This document shows positions 1 to 11,900 of a stretch of 64,000 nucleotides of DNA, piece by piece. Made by a program: the position numbers and the translations under genes. Source of the DNA: TPA_inf: Saccharomyces. Lineage: Eukaryota. Each line of letters starts with the position of its first letter. Within the stretch, counting starts at the first letter, position 1. The DNA is taken from contig BK006938.2 in assembly GCA_000146045.2 (NCBI GenBank), positions 1,248,001 to 1,312,000 on the forward strand, written 5' to 3'. Under the pieces are notes generated by a model. That model was given only the letters and a program-made list of their open reading frames with translations. It was not told the DNA's origin and did not search any database.

Positions 1-153
1 TCCCTGCAAGGTTTTATAAAGAAAAAAGTGATGATATTCTTTTAACTAATATATACATATATAAGAAAAGAAGCCTTAATTTCTCACGGACAAATATACC
101 AGAAGCATATCTGAAAGCCGCCCCAATGCATTATGATGCCACTTGACAACTCA

Positions 154-1821
154 TCAATGGTAGGTACGAAAGACATAATGAACATCAATTCCATTATCAA
201 AAACCCTTCCAACCTCTTCCAGTGACAAACCTTTGACTTCTGGATACCAAAAATATACGAAAAACCAGGCACAAACTGTGAAAAAAGCAAAAATGAGCAT
301 TGTATTTTCATCACCAATGGTGTTAATAGTGCTCAGATATGTCATTGAAACAAATGCATTGGTCAACCAATTTGTGCAGGCTATACATGATGCCCCAAAT
401 GATCTCCTGTTCAAGGGGAGAAATTCCACACAGGTCCATGGAACGCTGCCCATCGCAGAAGCATATGCTGCAACATAAATTACAACAGAAATTAAAAGTA
501 AATTGACTTGGTCATGACCGAAACCTACACTGCAAAGAAGTAACCCAACAGTCATAATCAAAATTGTTCTCAAAAGAATGGCTCTTCTTCCCAAAGAGTC
601 CATGGTGTACATGGCGAAAAAAGTGAATATGAAGTTCGTTGAGGCAATCAAAATTGGAGGCAGTAGAGGGTTTTTTATATTAAATTTGGAAAATATTATT
701 GCCGCATAGTACATAAAAGCATTAAAGCCAGTGATTTGCTGGAAAAACATTAACATGCAACCTACTATTAACGCTCTTATTGTGCGTGGCTCCATTCTGT
801 GTCTTTTCTTTTTGTTAGATGCCAGGGCACCGTTTGGAGCTGGGCCTCGCAACGCCGATAGATATGCTGATGAGGAGGACATTGTGTTGCTAGTTCTTTC
901 TGTGTTCGAGGAAAGTCTTTTAATGTTAGGTGGGCTAAGAGTTCCTGAGGTTGAACTATCCATGTATCGAATAACCGATTGGGACTGTACTAGTAAAGGT
1001 TCACTTGCATCTTCGTATAGTCGTAACTTATCGAGTTCAATTATCAGCTGCTTAATTTTACTATTCACATGATATGTAGATGCAGTAGGATATAGCATTC
1101 TTAGAGAATCCCTGGTATATAGAATGTCTCCCTTGGAAATGGACCATCGTGGCGATTCAGGGATAAAATCCAGTATTGAAAGGAACAGAATAGCTGGAAT
1201 AGCAGAAAGTGCGAACAAATATCTCCATGAATTATCAATCTCTTTCATAAGGGACGCAATCACATAGGAAACCAATTGACCTCCAGTGATGGCAATAATG
1301 TTCAATGTCAACATAAAACCCCTGATTCTGGAAGGTGAAATTTCACTCAGAAATAGAGGGACGCACTGGGCAGACACTCCAACAGCGATCCCAACCAGCA
1401 ATCTCCCACAAATCAAAAACGTCAATGTTCTTGCTATAGCCATTCCAATTGCAGCTAGGATAAAAATTGAACAGCAGATTGCGAGAGTAATTCTTCTTCC
1501 ATACCTATCTGCTAAAGGAAATGCCAGAATAGAGCCAAAAAATGATCCGACGCTTGTACTGGAAGTTATCAGCTCCTTCTGAACATCCGTTAAAACTACC
1601 AAAGATAGATCTTCGGGCTTTAAAGAAAGCAGAACACCTGATATAACACCAGTATCATAGCCGAATAAAAGCCCACCAATGGTAGCACCAACGAAGATTA
1701 ACGACGTTTTGAACGTTAAAGCATATGGGAGTTGCTCGATGTCATTGGCAGTATTGGATGTTACCTGGGAGATAATGGAATACAGATCAGAATAAACGTC
1801 TTCACTTTCATCTGTAGACAT
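154..1821 (-). CDS. YDR387C: Putative MFS sugar-porter-family transporter (YDR387C; I think SGD now names it CIN10, not certain)
   Basis: 555-aa ORF on minus strand with multiple hydrophobic TM-like segments and sugar-porter motifs (ADRYGRR, PESPRW, GRLLVGIAVG). Length matches YDR387C. Position is immediately left of, and divergent from, RVS167. Confidence 0.85.
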   Translation of the reverse strand: MSTDESEDVYSDLYSIISQVTSNTANDIEQLPYALTFKTSLIFVGATIGGLLFGYDTGVISGVLLSLKPEDLSLVVLTDVQKELITSSTSVGSFFGSILAFPLADRYGRRITLAICCSIFILAAIGMAIARTLTFLICGRLLVGIAVGVSAQCVPLFLSEISPSRIRGFMLTLNIIAITGGQLVSYVIASLMKEIDNSWRYLFALSAIPAILFLSILDFIPESPRWSISKGDILYTRDSLRMLYPTASTYHVNSKIKQLIIELDKLRLYEDASEPLLVQSQSVIRYMDSSTSGTLSPPNIKRLSSNTERTSNTMSSSSAYLSALRGPAPNGALASNKKKRHRMEPRTIRALIVGCMLMFFQQITGFNAFMYYAAIIFSKFNIKNPLLPPILIASTNFIFTFFAMYTMDSLGRRAILLRTILIMTVGLLLCSVGFGHDQVNLLLISVVIYVAAYASAMGSVPWTCVEFLPLNRRSFGASCIACTNWLTNAFVSMTYLSTINTIGDENTMLIFAFFTVCAWFFVYFWYPEVKGLSLEEVGRVFDNGIDVHYVFRTYH

Positions 1822-2185
1822 ACCTCTATCAAGTTTTGACTTTCCTGTCGCTTGCCTGTACGCTTTTGTTTTCTACTGAGAAAAGATACTTTTTGACCAT
1901 GGACTATAAGTGCACGCTACAGTTGCACATATAAGGTTGTATATAGTTCAAGAAGTTCCTTTCGTATGGAAATTTTGTTATGTATACCTTCCAGTTGCTA
2001 TGGTAGTCTACCTGACTAAATTATCAATCCGACCGATGTTCGGATGTTGCGATAATATTGGTACCGGAAAAAAAAAAGGAGAGGGCTTTGTAGTGTCGAT
2101 GTTTAACAACCTGTTTTAAGGAATAAAGTAAAGTGAGGCTCACCTGGTCATTTAACACCAAGAATCAAGGAGCCAATAAGTGCAC

Positions 2186-3634
2186 ATGAGTTTTAAAGGG
2201 TTTACCAAGGCTGTTAGTAGGGCTCCTCAGTCCTTCCGTCAAAAGTTCAAGATGGGTGAGCAGACAGAGGATCCTGTTTACGAGGATGCAGAACGTCGTT
2301 TTCAAGAATTGGAGCAGGAGACAAAAAAATTAAGTGAGGAATCGAAGAGATACTCGACTGCGGTGAATGGAATGCTGACACACCAAATTGGATTTGCCAA
2401 ATCCATGGAGGAAATTTTCAAACCTATCAGTGGTAAAATGAGTGACCCTAACGCTACCATACCAGAGGACAACCCACAAGGTATTGAAGCAAGTGAACAG
2501 TATAGGGCAATTGTCGCAGAATTACAGGAAACATTGAAACCGGATCTGGCTTTGGTGGAAGAAAAAATTGTTACGCCATGCCAGGAACTGTTGAAGATTA
2601 TTACTTATATTCGTAAAATGGCCACCAAGAGAAATCACAAAAAATTAGATTTAGATAGACATCTAAACACTTATAACAAGCATGAAAAGAAGAAGGAACC
2701 AACCGCCAAAGACGAAGAAAGATTGTATAAAGCACAAGCTCAAGTGGAAGTGGCTCAACAAGAATATGATTACTATAACGACTTGCTAAAGACTCAATTA
2801 CCAATACTGTTCAGTTTGGAAGCTGAATTTGTGAAACCATTATTTGTCTCATTTTATTTCATGCAATTGAACATTTTTTACACTTTGTATAATAGACTTC
2901 AAGACATGAAGATTCCATATTTTGATTTGAACAGTGACATTGTAGAGTCGTACATTGCCAAGAAAGGCAATGTGGAAGAACAAACGGACGCCTTGACTAT
3001 TACACACTTTAAACTCGGTTACTCTAAGGCAAAATTGGAGATGACCAGAAGGAAGTATGGTGTAGCAACCGCCGAAGGCTCACCCGTCAGTGGCGCATCA
3101 AGCGGTGTCGGATATGGTGCTGGGTATGATCCAGCAACTGCCACTTCTCCAACCCCTACAGGATACGGTTATGGTGCCGCAGCACCAAGTTACGCCGCTC
3201 AACCTGCTGCCCAGTATGGTACTGCTGCCGCCGTTGGTACTGCTGCTGCTGTTGGTACTGCTGCTGGTGCTGCTGCTGGCGCTGTTCCGGGTACTTATCC
3301 ACAGTATGCTGCTGCGCAATCTCCACCGCTCACTGGGCTAGGCTTCCAACAATCACCACAGCAGCAACAGGGACCACCACCGGCCTACTCTAATCCTCTA
3401 ACATCACCTGTTGCGGGCACACCAGCCGCGGCCGTAGCGGCAGCTCCTGGCGTTGAAACTGTTACCGCATTGTATGACTACCAAGCTCAAGCTGCTGGTG
3501 ATTTGTCTTTCCCTGCCGGCGCAGTTATAGAAATTGTCCAGCGTACTCCGGACGTGAACGAATGGTGGACAGGAAGATACAATGGCCAGCAAGGTGTGTT
3601 TCCTGGGAACTACGTGCAACTCAACAAGAACTAG
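2186..3634 (+). CDS. RVS167: RVS167 amphiphysin-like BAR-domain protein with C-terminal SH3
   Basis: ORF 2180..3634. The accepted start [15 protein letters not shown] is at the 3rd codon, giving 482 aa. N-terminal BAR region, Gly/Pro/Ala-rich linker, C-terminal SH3 ([15 protein letters not shown]...[20 protein letters not shown]). Confidence 0.9.
   Translation: MSFKGFTKAVSRAPQSFRQKFKMGEQTEDPVYEDAERRFQELEQETKKLSEESKRYSTAVNGMLTHQIGFAKSMEEIFKPISGKMSDPNATIPEDNPQGIEASEQYRAIVAELQETLKPDLALVEEKIVTPCQELLKIITYIRKMATKRNHKKLDLDRHLNTYNKHEKKKEPTAKDEERLYKAQAQVEVAQQEYDYYNDLLKTQLPILFSLEAEFVKPLFVSFYFMQLNIFYTLYNRLQDMKIPYFDLNSDIVESYIAKKGNVEEQTDALTITHFKLGYSKAKLEMTRRKYGVATAEGSPVSGASSGVGYGAGYDPATATSPTPTGYGYGAAAPSYAAQPAAQYGTAAAVGTAAAVGTAAGAAAGAVPGTYPQYAAAQSPPLTGLGFQQSPQQQQGPPPAYSNPLTSPVAGTPAAAVAAAPGVETVTALYDYQAQAAGDLSFPAGAVIEIVQRTPDVNEWWTGRYNGQQGVFPGNYVQLNKN
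3219..3300 (+). repeat. RVS167: GCT/GGT-rich low-complexity DNA encoding the Ala/Gly/Pro-rich linker of RVS167
   Basis: Read directly: ggtactgctgccgccgttggtactgctgctgctgttggtactgctgctggtgctgctgctggcgct. Creates stop-free antisense frames. Confidence 0.85.
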
Positions 3635-4536
3635 AGGAGGCCCCTGCATCCCTCTGTATTCATTACCTTCTATTGTGAGATGTTACCATTACCTTTTTCT
3701 TTTATTGTAATGTTTCTTAATTTAAATACTATATAGGGTAATTCATCCTTCCACCAACAAAGTATCGTTTGAGTCTATCTATTACGGGCATGCGGCGAGC
3801 ATATTACCCTACTGACAATATCCCAAAAGGGAAGGAGCGCGTTCCCAATAGGGCTGCCACCTTCCCAATATGGTACAAAGCCTACCATATGGGGAAATCA
3901 GTTTTCTCGCTCACCTCGCCTAGTCTTCCTAAAACGACGTTCCTCAGTCTCCTTTCTCTTTTATAAAACACCATCTCTGTCTTGTCGATGACACAGCCCA
4001 GTTGGGAAACCGGTGCTGACAAACAGGAAAAAAGCAAGACTAGTGGCCTGGCGCGGAAGAAACTGAGCTACATTGCACAACATCTTCAAGCAGGGTGTAC
4101 GCATTCATTACTTTAATACTAAATTTAGAAGAAATCATCCTTTTTACTCGCGAAACTGTTAGGCTTGATCGGACGATCTCAGAAGAGGAAAAACAAATTG
4201 ATAAAGTCTTCGTTAGGTTTCCTAGAATAGCAGGCCCGTTACAAAAAATTTTTTTACCCATTCCACTGGTTTTATTCACTAGTGACTTGAAAACTCCACA
4301 TATTTTTGATCTCTTAAGCTTTCACGCATCACAAAGTTATCAGAACAAATTTTCTCCAGAAAGTTATATTGCAGTGTTCAAAAAGCCGTTCTCATTTCAC
4401 AGCAATTTTTTTCTAAAGTAGAGGGGCAGAGAAATTAGCCTTCACAAGTTTGCTTTCGAGCTTCCAATTTGATTCCTGCTTTGGTCTTACTTTCATCCTC
4501 TCAATACCACTAAGATAAACTAAAAATATCTTTATA

Positions 4537-6501
4537 ATGCCAAATAATACTCTTAAACAAGGCTCCAAAATTGAAAATGTTTCTCCCTCTAAAGGTCATG
4601 TCCCAAGTTTTTGGAAGCAGTTCATAAACAACCCTAAGAGTATGTCATCCGAAAATATTACAGTCCCTAGATCACCAACTTCTCTTTCAAGGAATGCTCA
4701 ACCAACTACTTTAAAACGGCCTCCATTATCTTCAAGACCATATTCATATAATACCCCAACCAAAGATAGGAAATCCTTTTCCAAATCCGCGAAACAGAAC
4801 AATAACAATAACAACGCTAATTCCGGAACATCGCCTCACGCAGAGTTCAAAAATTACAGAGATATGTTTTTATCTAATAGAAATGGTTTCACAGGTAGGG
4901 TTTTCGGTGTTACTTTAGCAGAATCGTTGAGCGTCGCCAGTGCAGAGGTCATTGTTCAAAGTGAGTTGGTGAGTTTTGGTCGGATACCCATCGTGGTAGC
5001 CAAGTGCGGCGCATACTTAAAAGCAAATGGATTGGAGACCTCGGGTATATTTCGTATAGCGGGCAATGGTAAAAGAGTAAAAGCCCTTCAATACATATTC
5101 TCGTCGCCACCTGATTATGGTACCAAATTCAACGATTGGGAAACATATACAGTGCACGATGTTGCATCGCTCCTGAGGAGATACCTTAATAATTTGGCCG
5201 AACCACTAATACCTTTATCCCTATATGAACAATTCAGAAACCCGCTACGATCTAGACCAAGAATCCTAAGGCATATGTTGACCCACGAAGTTTCTCATCC
5301 GAATGCGAATAAAACAAATAATGTAACAGTAAAATCAAGTAGACAGAACTATAATGATGATGGTGCTAATGATGGTGACATCGAAAAGGAGGACGCTAAA
5401 GATGATGAAGAAAAAAGACGAAGAAAAATACGTCATAAGAGAAGGCTGACCCGCGATATAAGGGCAGCTATCAAGGAATATGAAGAGCTCTTTGTTACCT
5501 TATCAAATGACACGAAACAGCTAACTATATACCTACTCGATTTACTGAGTCTTTTTGCAAGGCAATCACAGTTTAACCTAATGTCTGGTAGAAACTTGGC
5601 GGCCATCTTCCAACCTTCAATATTATCGCATCCTCAACATGATATGGACCCCAAAGAATACGAGTTATCCCGACTAGTAGTGGAATTTTTGATTGAATAC
5701 TCGTACAAGCTATTACCCCATCTTTTGAAGTTGGCTAAAAGGGAACAACAGGAACGGTTGTCAACCGAAAATAAGAAAAATAATGGAGATAAACAGAAAA
5801 CTGATCCTATAGAAATACCAAAGATCACCTCATCGGATTCGCCACCAATAGTTTCTTCCAATAAAAACCCACCGGCGATTGACAATAACAATAAACTAGA
5901 CCATACGACGTTATCGCCAATATCTACTTCGATACCGGAGAACTCATCAGACCTACAGACTTCAAAAATGTTAAAGCCTCCGAAGCAAAGAAGACCACAC
6001 TCAAAATCGTTTGGTTCTACTCCGGTTCCTCCGGATGTTATTGCTAGTAATAAAAGAAGAACGAGTTTATTCCCGTGGTTACATAAACCGGGAATTTTGA
6101 GTGACACAGGAGACAATGGCGACTTAACTGCTACTGAAGCTGAAGGTGATGATTATGAAGAAGAAAATGTTGATCCATACGGTCAGTCTCCATCTAGCGT
6201 ACACTCAGGTTCTTTGCCCAAACAGCATTATCTGCCAATTCCTCGAATGAACAGATCGTTGAGTGGAAACAGTACCAATTCGTCCTTTAACACTAGACCT
6301 ATTTCAATGATCCTGACCAGTGGTAATGATAATTCCGCTGATCAATTAGAATTACTAAGTAACACTCATAGCAATAATGAGCGCAGTAATGCTTTACCAT
6401 TAACCGAAGATGATGGGGATGAAAGAAATTCAAGATCACGCAAGAGGGAATCATGGTTTCAAAGACTAACAAGCCGTTCAGGCTCTGCTAACAGGGCTTG
6501 A
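4537..6501 (+). CDS. SAC7: SAC7 Rho1 GTPase-activating protein (RhoGAP)
   Basis: 654-aa ORF. RhoGAP-domain core ([15 protein letters not shown]...[15 protein letters not shown]). Asn/Ser-rich flanks. Length and synteny match YDR389W. Confidence 0.85.
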
Positions 6502-6936
6502 TAACACCATTTTTCTTTCCTTTTAATTTCCTCATTTTTTTTTTTTTCGTTATTTCCCTTAAAAACCTGTTGGCGGTTTTCTTTCTTTTTCTTTGCCTTC
6601 TGTATAAATAACAAATAAACATCATTCCCCTTTCAAGATTTATAACCATAAAGGGAACATATATAACATAAATCATGAAGAGGACAAATTACGGACAATT
6701 ATTCTGTAGCGATGCTAATCAGTATAAAATAAAAGAATAAAAATTCTTAAGTTGTTAATATGCCAGAGAAATGTTACAGCTTGTAACTCTTCAATAATGA
6801 ATTTCTATGTTATATGACTGGCTGTTTCATATAAGCTATAACAGGGATCATGATCATTAAGCATTTTCTCTGCAACATTTATGTCGTACACTGCGAACCA
6901 CGATTAAATAAATATATAGATACCTTTTCTTATTTA

Positions 6937-8847
6937 TTAGTCTAATTCAACAATATCAGAATTAGTCGGTTCATTAACTAACTTTGTCCTTTTGTTACTG
7001 GGCGCCTCAGAAATCTCAGTATCAACTGGCCTCTTCTTTGAACCATTGATCGGTTCAGCATCGATGGTGATCTCACCTTCATCGTCGTCTAATATCACGA
7101 TACCATCTTTCCCATGACTGTTCGTAGTTGCGACTACATCTGCACCCTTTTCATTTTTTTCTTCTTCTTCATTTTTTGAAGGACTATTGTTGGCCTTTAT
7201 TAATGGGACTTCAACGTCCGGTAAGCTGCAAGTATTACATGGGAGTTCATCATCAACATCAAGAAATAATTCTATGGCTTTGCGGATCATTGTATCACCT
7301 TCTTCGTCGGAGAATAATATTATAGAACCATTTCCAAGATTAATCTCCGATAAAGTACGATCGTTCAAATCCTCGAAATCGTAATCAAATAGTAACCTTT
7401 GATTACTTGCGTCCAGGAGCGAAATATCCTGTGGATATGAGTACTTCTCGCGTATTAAAACTACAAAATCACTTAGTTTCATTTTGTTCAAACAATCGCT
7501 GGATAACTTAATAACACCTCTACAAACTTTAGAGCAAACTGGGCAATTTTTATTTGGAGGGGCTAGTTTCGGATTTGATAAATAACGATTTTGGGATAGA
7601 TTGCTTGCCTTTGCTGTGAAAGCCATATTCAAATCAGTATACTTAGTAGTTGGGGCATATTTCAAAAGATTTAAAACGCGCAGTGAAATCAATGACGATG
7701 CACCGGCAACGATAGCATTCGTTGTTGCAATAGCCGGGATAATGTTACCAGCAATTTGCTTGATGTCAAATACGGACTTCATTGGAATATTGAATATGTG
7801 TGACCTTATGTTCGCAGCAGTTGCGACGAATTCCAAAGTATCAGCATCATCTTTATCAAATTCAATATGATTTTGCTCTTTGGGATAGCGATCCATTAAT
7901 TTTTGTGTAATATTAATGAAATTACTAATTTGCTCCTGTATTGTGCCAACAGAATTAGAGGCAGACTGAGCTGTTTTAGTAGGAGTATTTATTTGAGAGT
8001 CTGATAATGGTACTGGCTTTGTTCTCGTTTTCCATAAATTTTCAATGGCTAGCAGTTTATTTATATCCTGAATGAATAATTTATTAAGAATCTCTGGAAT
8101 ACGGGATGCATCTCTTGATATGATAATTTTTTGCAATTCATACAATTCATTAGTTTCTTGTTTAATGCGCTTAATTTCTTCAGCATCATCTGTACCCCAA
8201 TCCTGGTTGTTATCATCTTCATTTCCAGAGGTCTCTGACGCAAATAGCTGGTTAAATAGAAAGTTTTTCGCCCAAACAATGCAATGAATTGGCTGAGAAG
8301 GAGTGGACCTGATAGTACACACAGGAAAAGTCTTTGGTGTTTCCTTCTTTGTACATTCAAAACACTCAGTTTTCCCGGGGATAATAGGCTGCATGTATCC
8401 ATCAAATCCAGCTGTTCCAGATTCTATTAAGGGCAGTGATAGAAACTGTGATATTTTATTGACATACCGTCTTGCGGCCAAGTTATCAAGAGCATTGAAG
8501 ATAATGTCAAATTGCTCAAACCAATGCAGTGGGAAGGTAGAAATGTCCATAACATTTCCTTGGTAAGGCACTAACTTAGAGTTATTGAAATGCTGTACTG
8601 CTTTTACGGCTGTGGTAGACTTCGGTTGTTTAATATCTTTTTGTCTAAAAAGAAATTGCCTGTTTAAGTTCGAAAGGTCAATGGTGTCCAAATCGACAAT
8701 ATGTATTTCACCAAATTCCATCAAGATTATATCCTTTAACAATTCAGACCCTATGCCCCCAGCACCGACCAGAAGACATCTTGAGGACCGTAATTTCTTG
8801 TAACTATCTTCACCGATGATTGTTACCAAACTTGTTTCCCTTGGCAT
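6937..8847 (-). CDS. UBA2: UBA2 SUMO-activating enzyme E1 catalytic subunit
   Basis: ORF 6937..8904 (655 aa). The accepted N-terminus MPRETSLVTIIGEDSY is at the 20th codon, giving 636 aa. ThiF/MoeB nucleotide-binding motif LLVGAGGIGSELLKD. C-terminal acidic/NLS tail. Confidence 0.9.
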   Translation of the reverse strand: MPRETSLVTIIGEDSYKKLRSSRCLLVGAGGIGSELLKDIILMEFGEIHIVDLDTIDLSNLNRQFLFRQKDIKQPKSTTAVKAVQHFNNSKLVPYQGNVMDISTFPLHWFEQFDIIFNALDNLAARRYVNKISQFLSLPLIESGTAGFDGYMQPIIPGKTECFECTKKETPKTFPVCTIRSTPSQPIHCIVWAKNFLFNQLFASETSGNEDDNNQDWGTDDAEEIKRIKQETNELYELQKIIISRDASRIPEILNKLFIQDINKLLAIENLWKTRTKPVPLSDSQINTPTKTAQSASNSVGTIQEQISNFINITQKLMDRYPKEQNHIEFDKDDADTLEFVATAANIRSHIFNIPMKSVFDIKQIAGNIIPAIATTNAIVAGASSLISLRVLNLLKYAPTTKYTDLNMAFTAKASNLSQNRYLSNPKLAPPNKNCPVCSKVCRGVIKLSSDCLNKMKLSDFVVLIREKYSYPQDISLLDASNQRLLFDYDFEDLNDRTLSEINLGNGSIILFSDEEGDTMIRKAIELFLDVDDELPCNTCSLPDVEVPLIKANNSPSKNEEEEKNEKGADVVATTNSHGKDGIVILDDDEGEITIDAEPINGSKKRPVDTEISEAPSNKRTKLVNEPTNSDIVELD

Positions 8848-9007
8848 TTTCTTTTCTTGTTTGGCGTAGCGCTCCTGATCTTGTGTGTCTGTTGAAGTAC
8901 GCAATTAGTGGATTGCTCATCCAAATATCTTGATTTAGCGTAAACATACTTCGCCTTTGAAAAACTTTAACTTGAAAATAGAGTATAAAAAAAAATTGCA
9001 CAAAAAA

Positions 9008-9079
9008 TGCGGAAGCCGGGAATCGAACCCGGGCCCCATGCTTGGGAAGCATGAATTCTAACCACTGAACCACTTTCGC
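9008..9079 (-). tRNA. tG(CCC)D: tRNA-Gly (anticodon CCC), intronless
   Basis: Reverse complement reads GCGAAAGTGGTTCAGTGGTTAGAATTCATGCTTCCCAAGCATGGGGCCCGGGTTCGATTCCCGGCTTCCGCA. Cloverleaf with 7-nt anticodon loop TTCCCAA gives anticodon CCC. A-box (TGGTTCAGTGG) and B-box (GGTTCGATTCC) are present. 72 nt. Confidence 0.9.
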
Positions 9080-9357
9080 TAAGAAGATCTAGCTTACATA
9101 GGTTTTGTGGTAATATAAATTCTTGAGACCGTAACCGCGCAAAGAAATACCTAAAATAGTAATTGCTAACTACATCTAAAAACAGACTGAAGCTCACTAG
9201 ATATGAGACTTTTCTCACATCTTCAAAATAAAGAAAACAATAGCAGGCGAAATTTTTTTGAACCTGGTTATACAGTGCATGCTCCAAAATGTCGTCTTTA
9301 AACACTACTTTTTATTCTAAATAATTACTTGAAGGGGGGAAAGAAAAAGCTCAAAAA

Positions 9358-10056
9358 CTACTCTTTTAAGACTTTATTACCGTCCTTATGATATATCATT
9401 AAATAGGCTGTGAACCCTTCACCATTCGGATCGCAATTGCCGTTAGAGTCGACCTCACACTCACCGTATTTGAACGTCATGTAATTTCTAAATCCAAAAT
9501 ATTCGTACACAGATTTAGCATGCTCGGCAATAGCTTCAAGGACAATGGCGCAATTTTCTTCGTCTGCTCTCCTTTTGTACTCTTCAAAAATAGTCCTTAC
9601 AGAACCTCTGATTCCTTTCTCATTTAAGTTCTTACCAATACAGAAAAGATAGTAGTAATTGATGCCATTTGGAATGACTTGCTTTACGCGAGCATTTAAA
9701 TCGTCAATAAAGTCCTTGTTGAACTTTGCATCATTACTCCTTGCCTTCGGAACGTGAGGTGGAAGACTCCACACTGCAACAGCATCGAAAGTATTAACTT
9801 CGGAGATCTCACCATAAGGTGAATCCAGGAATGGCGATATGATATCGGTGGTTATTGTCCTTGTAGGCACCTTCTCAGCTAGAGGAATATTTAAGATTTT
9901 CTTGCAGATAAAATGAAACGCTGGCGAGTTACTAAAAGCAATAGACAAAGTCTCTGCTGCTCTTCTGGCATCCGTAGTCTTGTTCAGGGTACAGACCATA
10001 TGGCCCTTAGCATCGTTGTTTTCTAATGGAGTTGGCAGTTTGTTCTCGAAGGACAT
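9358..10056 (-). CDS. YDR391C: Uncharacterised protein YDR391C
   Basis: 232-aa ORF between tG(CCC) and SPT3 on minus strand. Length and position match YDR391C. No domain recognised by eye. Confidence 0.75.
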   Translation of the reverse strand: MSFENKLPTPLENNDAKGHMVCTLNKTTDARRAAETLSIAFSNSPAFHFICKKILNIPLAEKVPTRTITTDIISPFLDSPYGEISEVNTFDAVAVWSLPPHVPKARSNDAKFNKDFIDDLNARVKQVIPNGINYYYLFCIGKNLNEKGIRGSVRTIFEEYKRRADEENCAIVLEAIAEHAKSVYEYFGFRNYMTFKYGECEVDSNGNCDPNGEGFTAYLMIYHKDGNKVLKE

Positions 10057-10695
10057 GATGTTCGGTTACATGTCTTAGAATTATTTTCTCGAGATTAGTG
10101 AGTGACTTGGCATAATATCAGGTACAATAACTGTTATATATACGCCGGCGGCATTTCATTTTTTTCACTTATCTCAGCCCCTGGGACTCTGATGCCGTTC
10201 ACACCAACGTCTGCTGTGATTTGGAGTGAAATATCTGGATACTAATAGAAATATTACGATAAAAAAGAGTTATCTACAGTTTGCTGCATTATTTTTGCGT
10301 TATCGGTCAATCAACTTTAAGAGATCACCGTACATTTCCGGCAGCATTAGCGGGCGTCTCTTAGTTTCTTTGCAATACAGTAGGAACTCCAATTTTTTGT
10401 TCGTCTCCTCGCTACATTCAGATTCAACTGCAATCTCGAAAACAAGTTTTTTATGCCGCCAAAATAGGTATACATTGCGTTCAATGCATTCTCATTCATC
10501 TCTATCGCAAGAACGTCTTGTTCAAAGCTGCCCTTTCTTGAGGCTTCAAGCGCAGCGCACAGAAAAGAAGAAAATCCGAACCATGTAATATAGATCGGCG
10601 GAAACGAAAAGTAAAAAGTAAGGTTGAAGACACTCTGAACCCGGGGAAGAGTGCATACAAGGTACCGTGCCAAAATTCAAGAGATTAGGGCAGGA

Positions 10696-11709
10696 ATGAT
10701 GGACAAGCATAAGTATCGTGTGGAGATTCAACAGATGATGTTTGTCTCTGGTGAAATTAACGACCCACCCGTAGAAACCACATCACTGATAGAAGATATA
10801 GTGAGGGGTCAAGTGATAGAAATTCTTTTACAGTCAAACAAAACGGCGCATCTTAGGGGAAGTAGGAGCATTCTCCCTGAAGACGTCATTTTCTTGATCA
10901 GACACGACAAGGCCAAAGTCAATCGTTTGAGAACATATCTGTCATGGAAGGATTTGCGTAAAAACGCCAAGGACCAAGATGCTAGTGCCGGTGTAGCGAG
11001 TGGCACTGGAAATCCTGGGGCAGGTGGTGAAGATGATTTGAAAAAAGCAGGTGGTGGCGAGAAAGACGAAAAAGATGGTGGAAACATGATGAAGGTCAAG
11101 AAATCCCAAATTAAGCTGCCATGGGAATTGCAGTTTATGTTCAATGAACATCCTTTAGAAAATAATGACGACAATGATGATATGGATGAGGATGAACGAG
11201 AAGCTAATATAGTCACTTTGAAAAGGCTGAAAATGGCTGACGATAGAACACGAAACATGACTAAAGAGGAGTACGTGCATTGGTCCGATTGTCGACAGGC
11301 AAGTTTTACATTTAGGAAGAATAAAAGGTTCAAGGACTGGTCTGGAATTTCGCAATTAACTGAGGGGAAACCCCATGATGATGTGATTGATATACTGGGG
11401 TTTCTAACTTTTGAGATTGTCTGTTCTTTGACGGAAACAGCTCTGAAAATCAAACAAAGAGAACAGGTATTACAGACTCAAAAGGACAAATCCCAGCAAT
11501 CTAGCCAAGATAATACTAACTTTGAATTTGCATCATCCACATTACATAGAAAGAAAAGATTATTTGATGGACCTGAAAATGTTATAAACCCGCTCAAACC
11601 AAGGCATATAGAGGAAGCCTGGAGAGTACTACAAACAATTGACATGAGGCATAGGGCTTTGACCAACTTTAAAGGTGGTAGACTCAGTTCTAAACCAATT
11701 ATCATGTAA
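10696..11709 (+). CDS. SPT3: SPT3 SAGA complex subunit (TBP-interacting, histone-fold)
   Basis: ORF 10651..11709 (352 aa). The accepted start MMDKHKYRVEIQQMMFVSGE is at codon 16, giving 337 aa. Acidic and Gly-rich insert in the middle. Confidence 0.85.
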   Translation: MMDKHKYRVEIQQMMFVSGEINDPPVETTSLIEDIVRGQVIEILLQSNKTAHLRGSRSILPEDVIFLIRHDKAKVNRLRTYLSWKDLRKNAKDQDASAGVASGTGNPGAGGEDDLKKAGGGEKDEKDGGNMMKVKKSQIKLPWELQFMFNEHPLENNDDNDDMDEDEREANIVTLKRLKMADDRTRNMTKEEYVHWSDCRQASFTFRKNKRFKDWSGISQLTEGKPHDDVIDILGFLTFEIVCSLTETALKIKQREQVLQTQKDKSQQSSQDNTNFEFASSTLHRKKRLFDGPENVINPLKPRHIEEAWRVLQTIDMRHRALTNFKGGRLSSKPIIM

Positions 11710-11900
11710 ATTTTTGTATAATTTCATCATGGAGGTGCATGGGTTTCCTTCTGGTATGATAAATGTGAGCCAAATGAATTGAAAAATACAAATAAAGATT
11801 ATGTACGTAGATACGCGTTATAAAGAGGACTATCTGATCATTGGGGTCTTTTTCGTTGTGAAATTGTAACGGGTGAACTCAGTGATTAAAAAATTGCGTG

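Noticed and set aside
84-478. 77-aa minus-strand and 81-aa plus-strand ORFs at the window edge.
   Set aside because: They overlap the 3-prime end of the YDR387C transporter gene in other frames or on the other strand. The first 153 nt are the convergent 3-prime intergenic region; the upstream neighbour, presumably MUS81, is not within the window.
3090-3341. ORFs of 83 aa (plus) and 73 aa (minus) inside RVS167.
   Set aside because: Artefacts of the GCT/GGT low-complexity linker. RVS167 occupies the correct frame.
8900-9400. Ty LTR (delta/sigma/tau) remnants next to tG(CCC), and likewise around tS(AGA) at 57100-58200.
   Set aside because: No recognisable LTR termini or internal LTR sequence. 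Reported as an observation only.
10226-10673. 120-aa plus-strand and 108-aa minus-strand ORFs in the YDR391C-SPT3 divergent promoter.
   Set aside because: Mutually overlapping, low-complexity, in a promoter region. No features.
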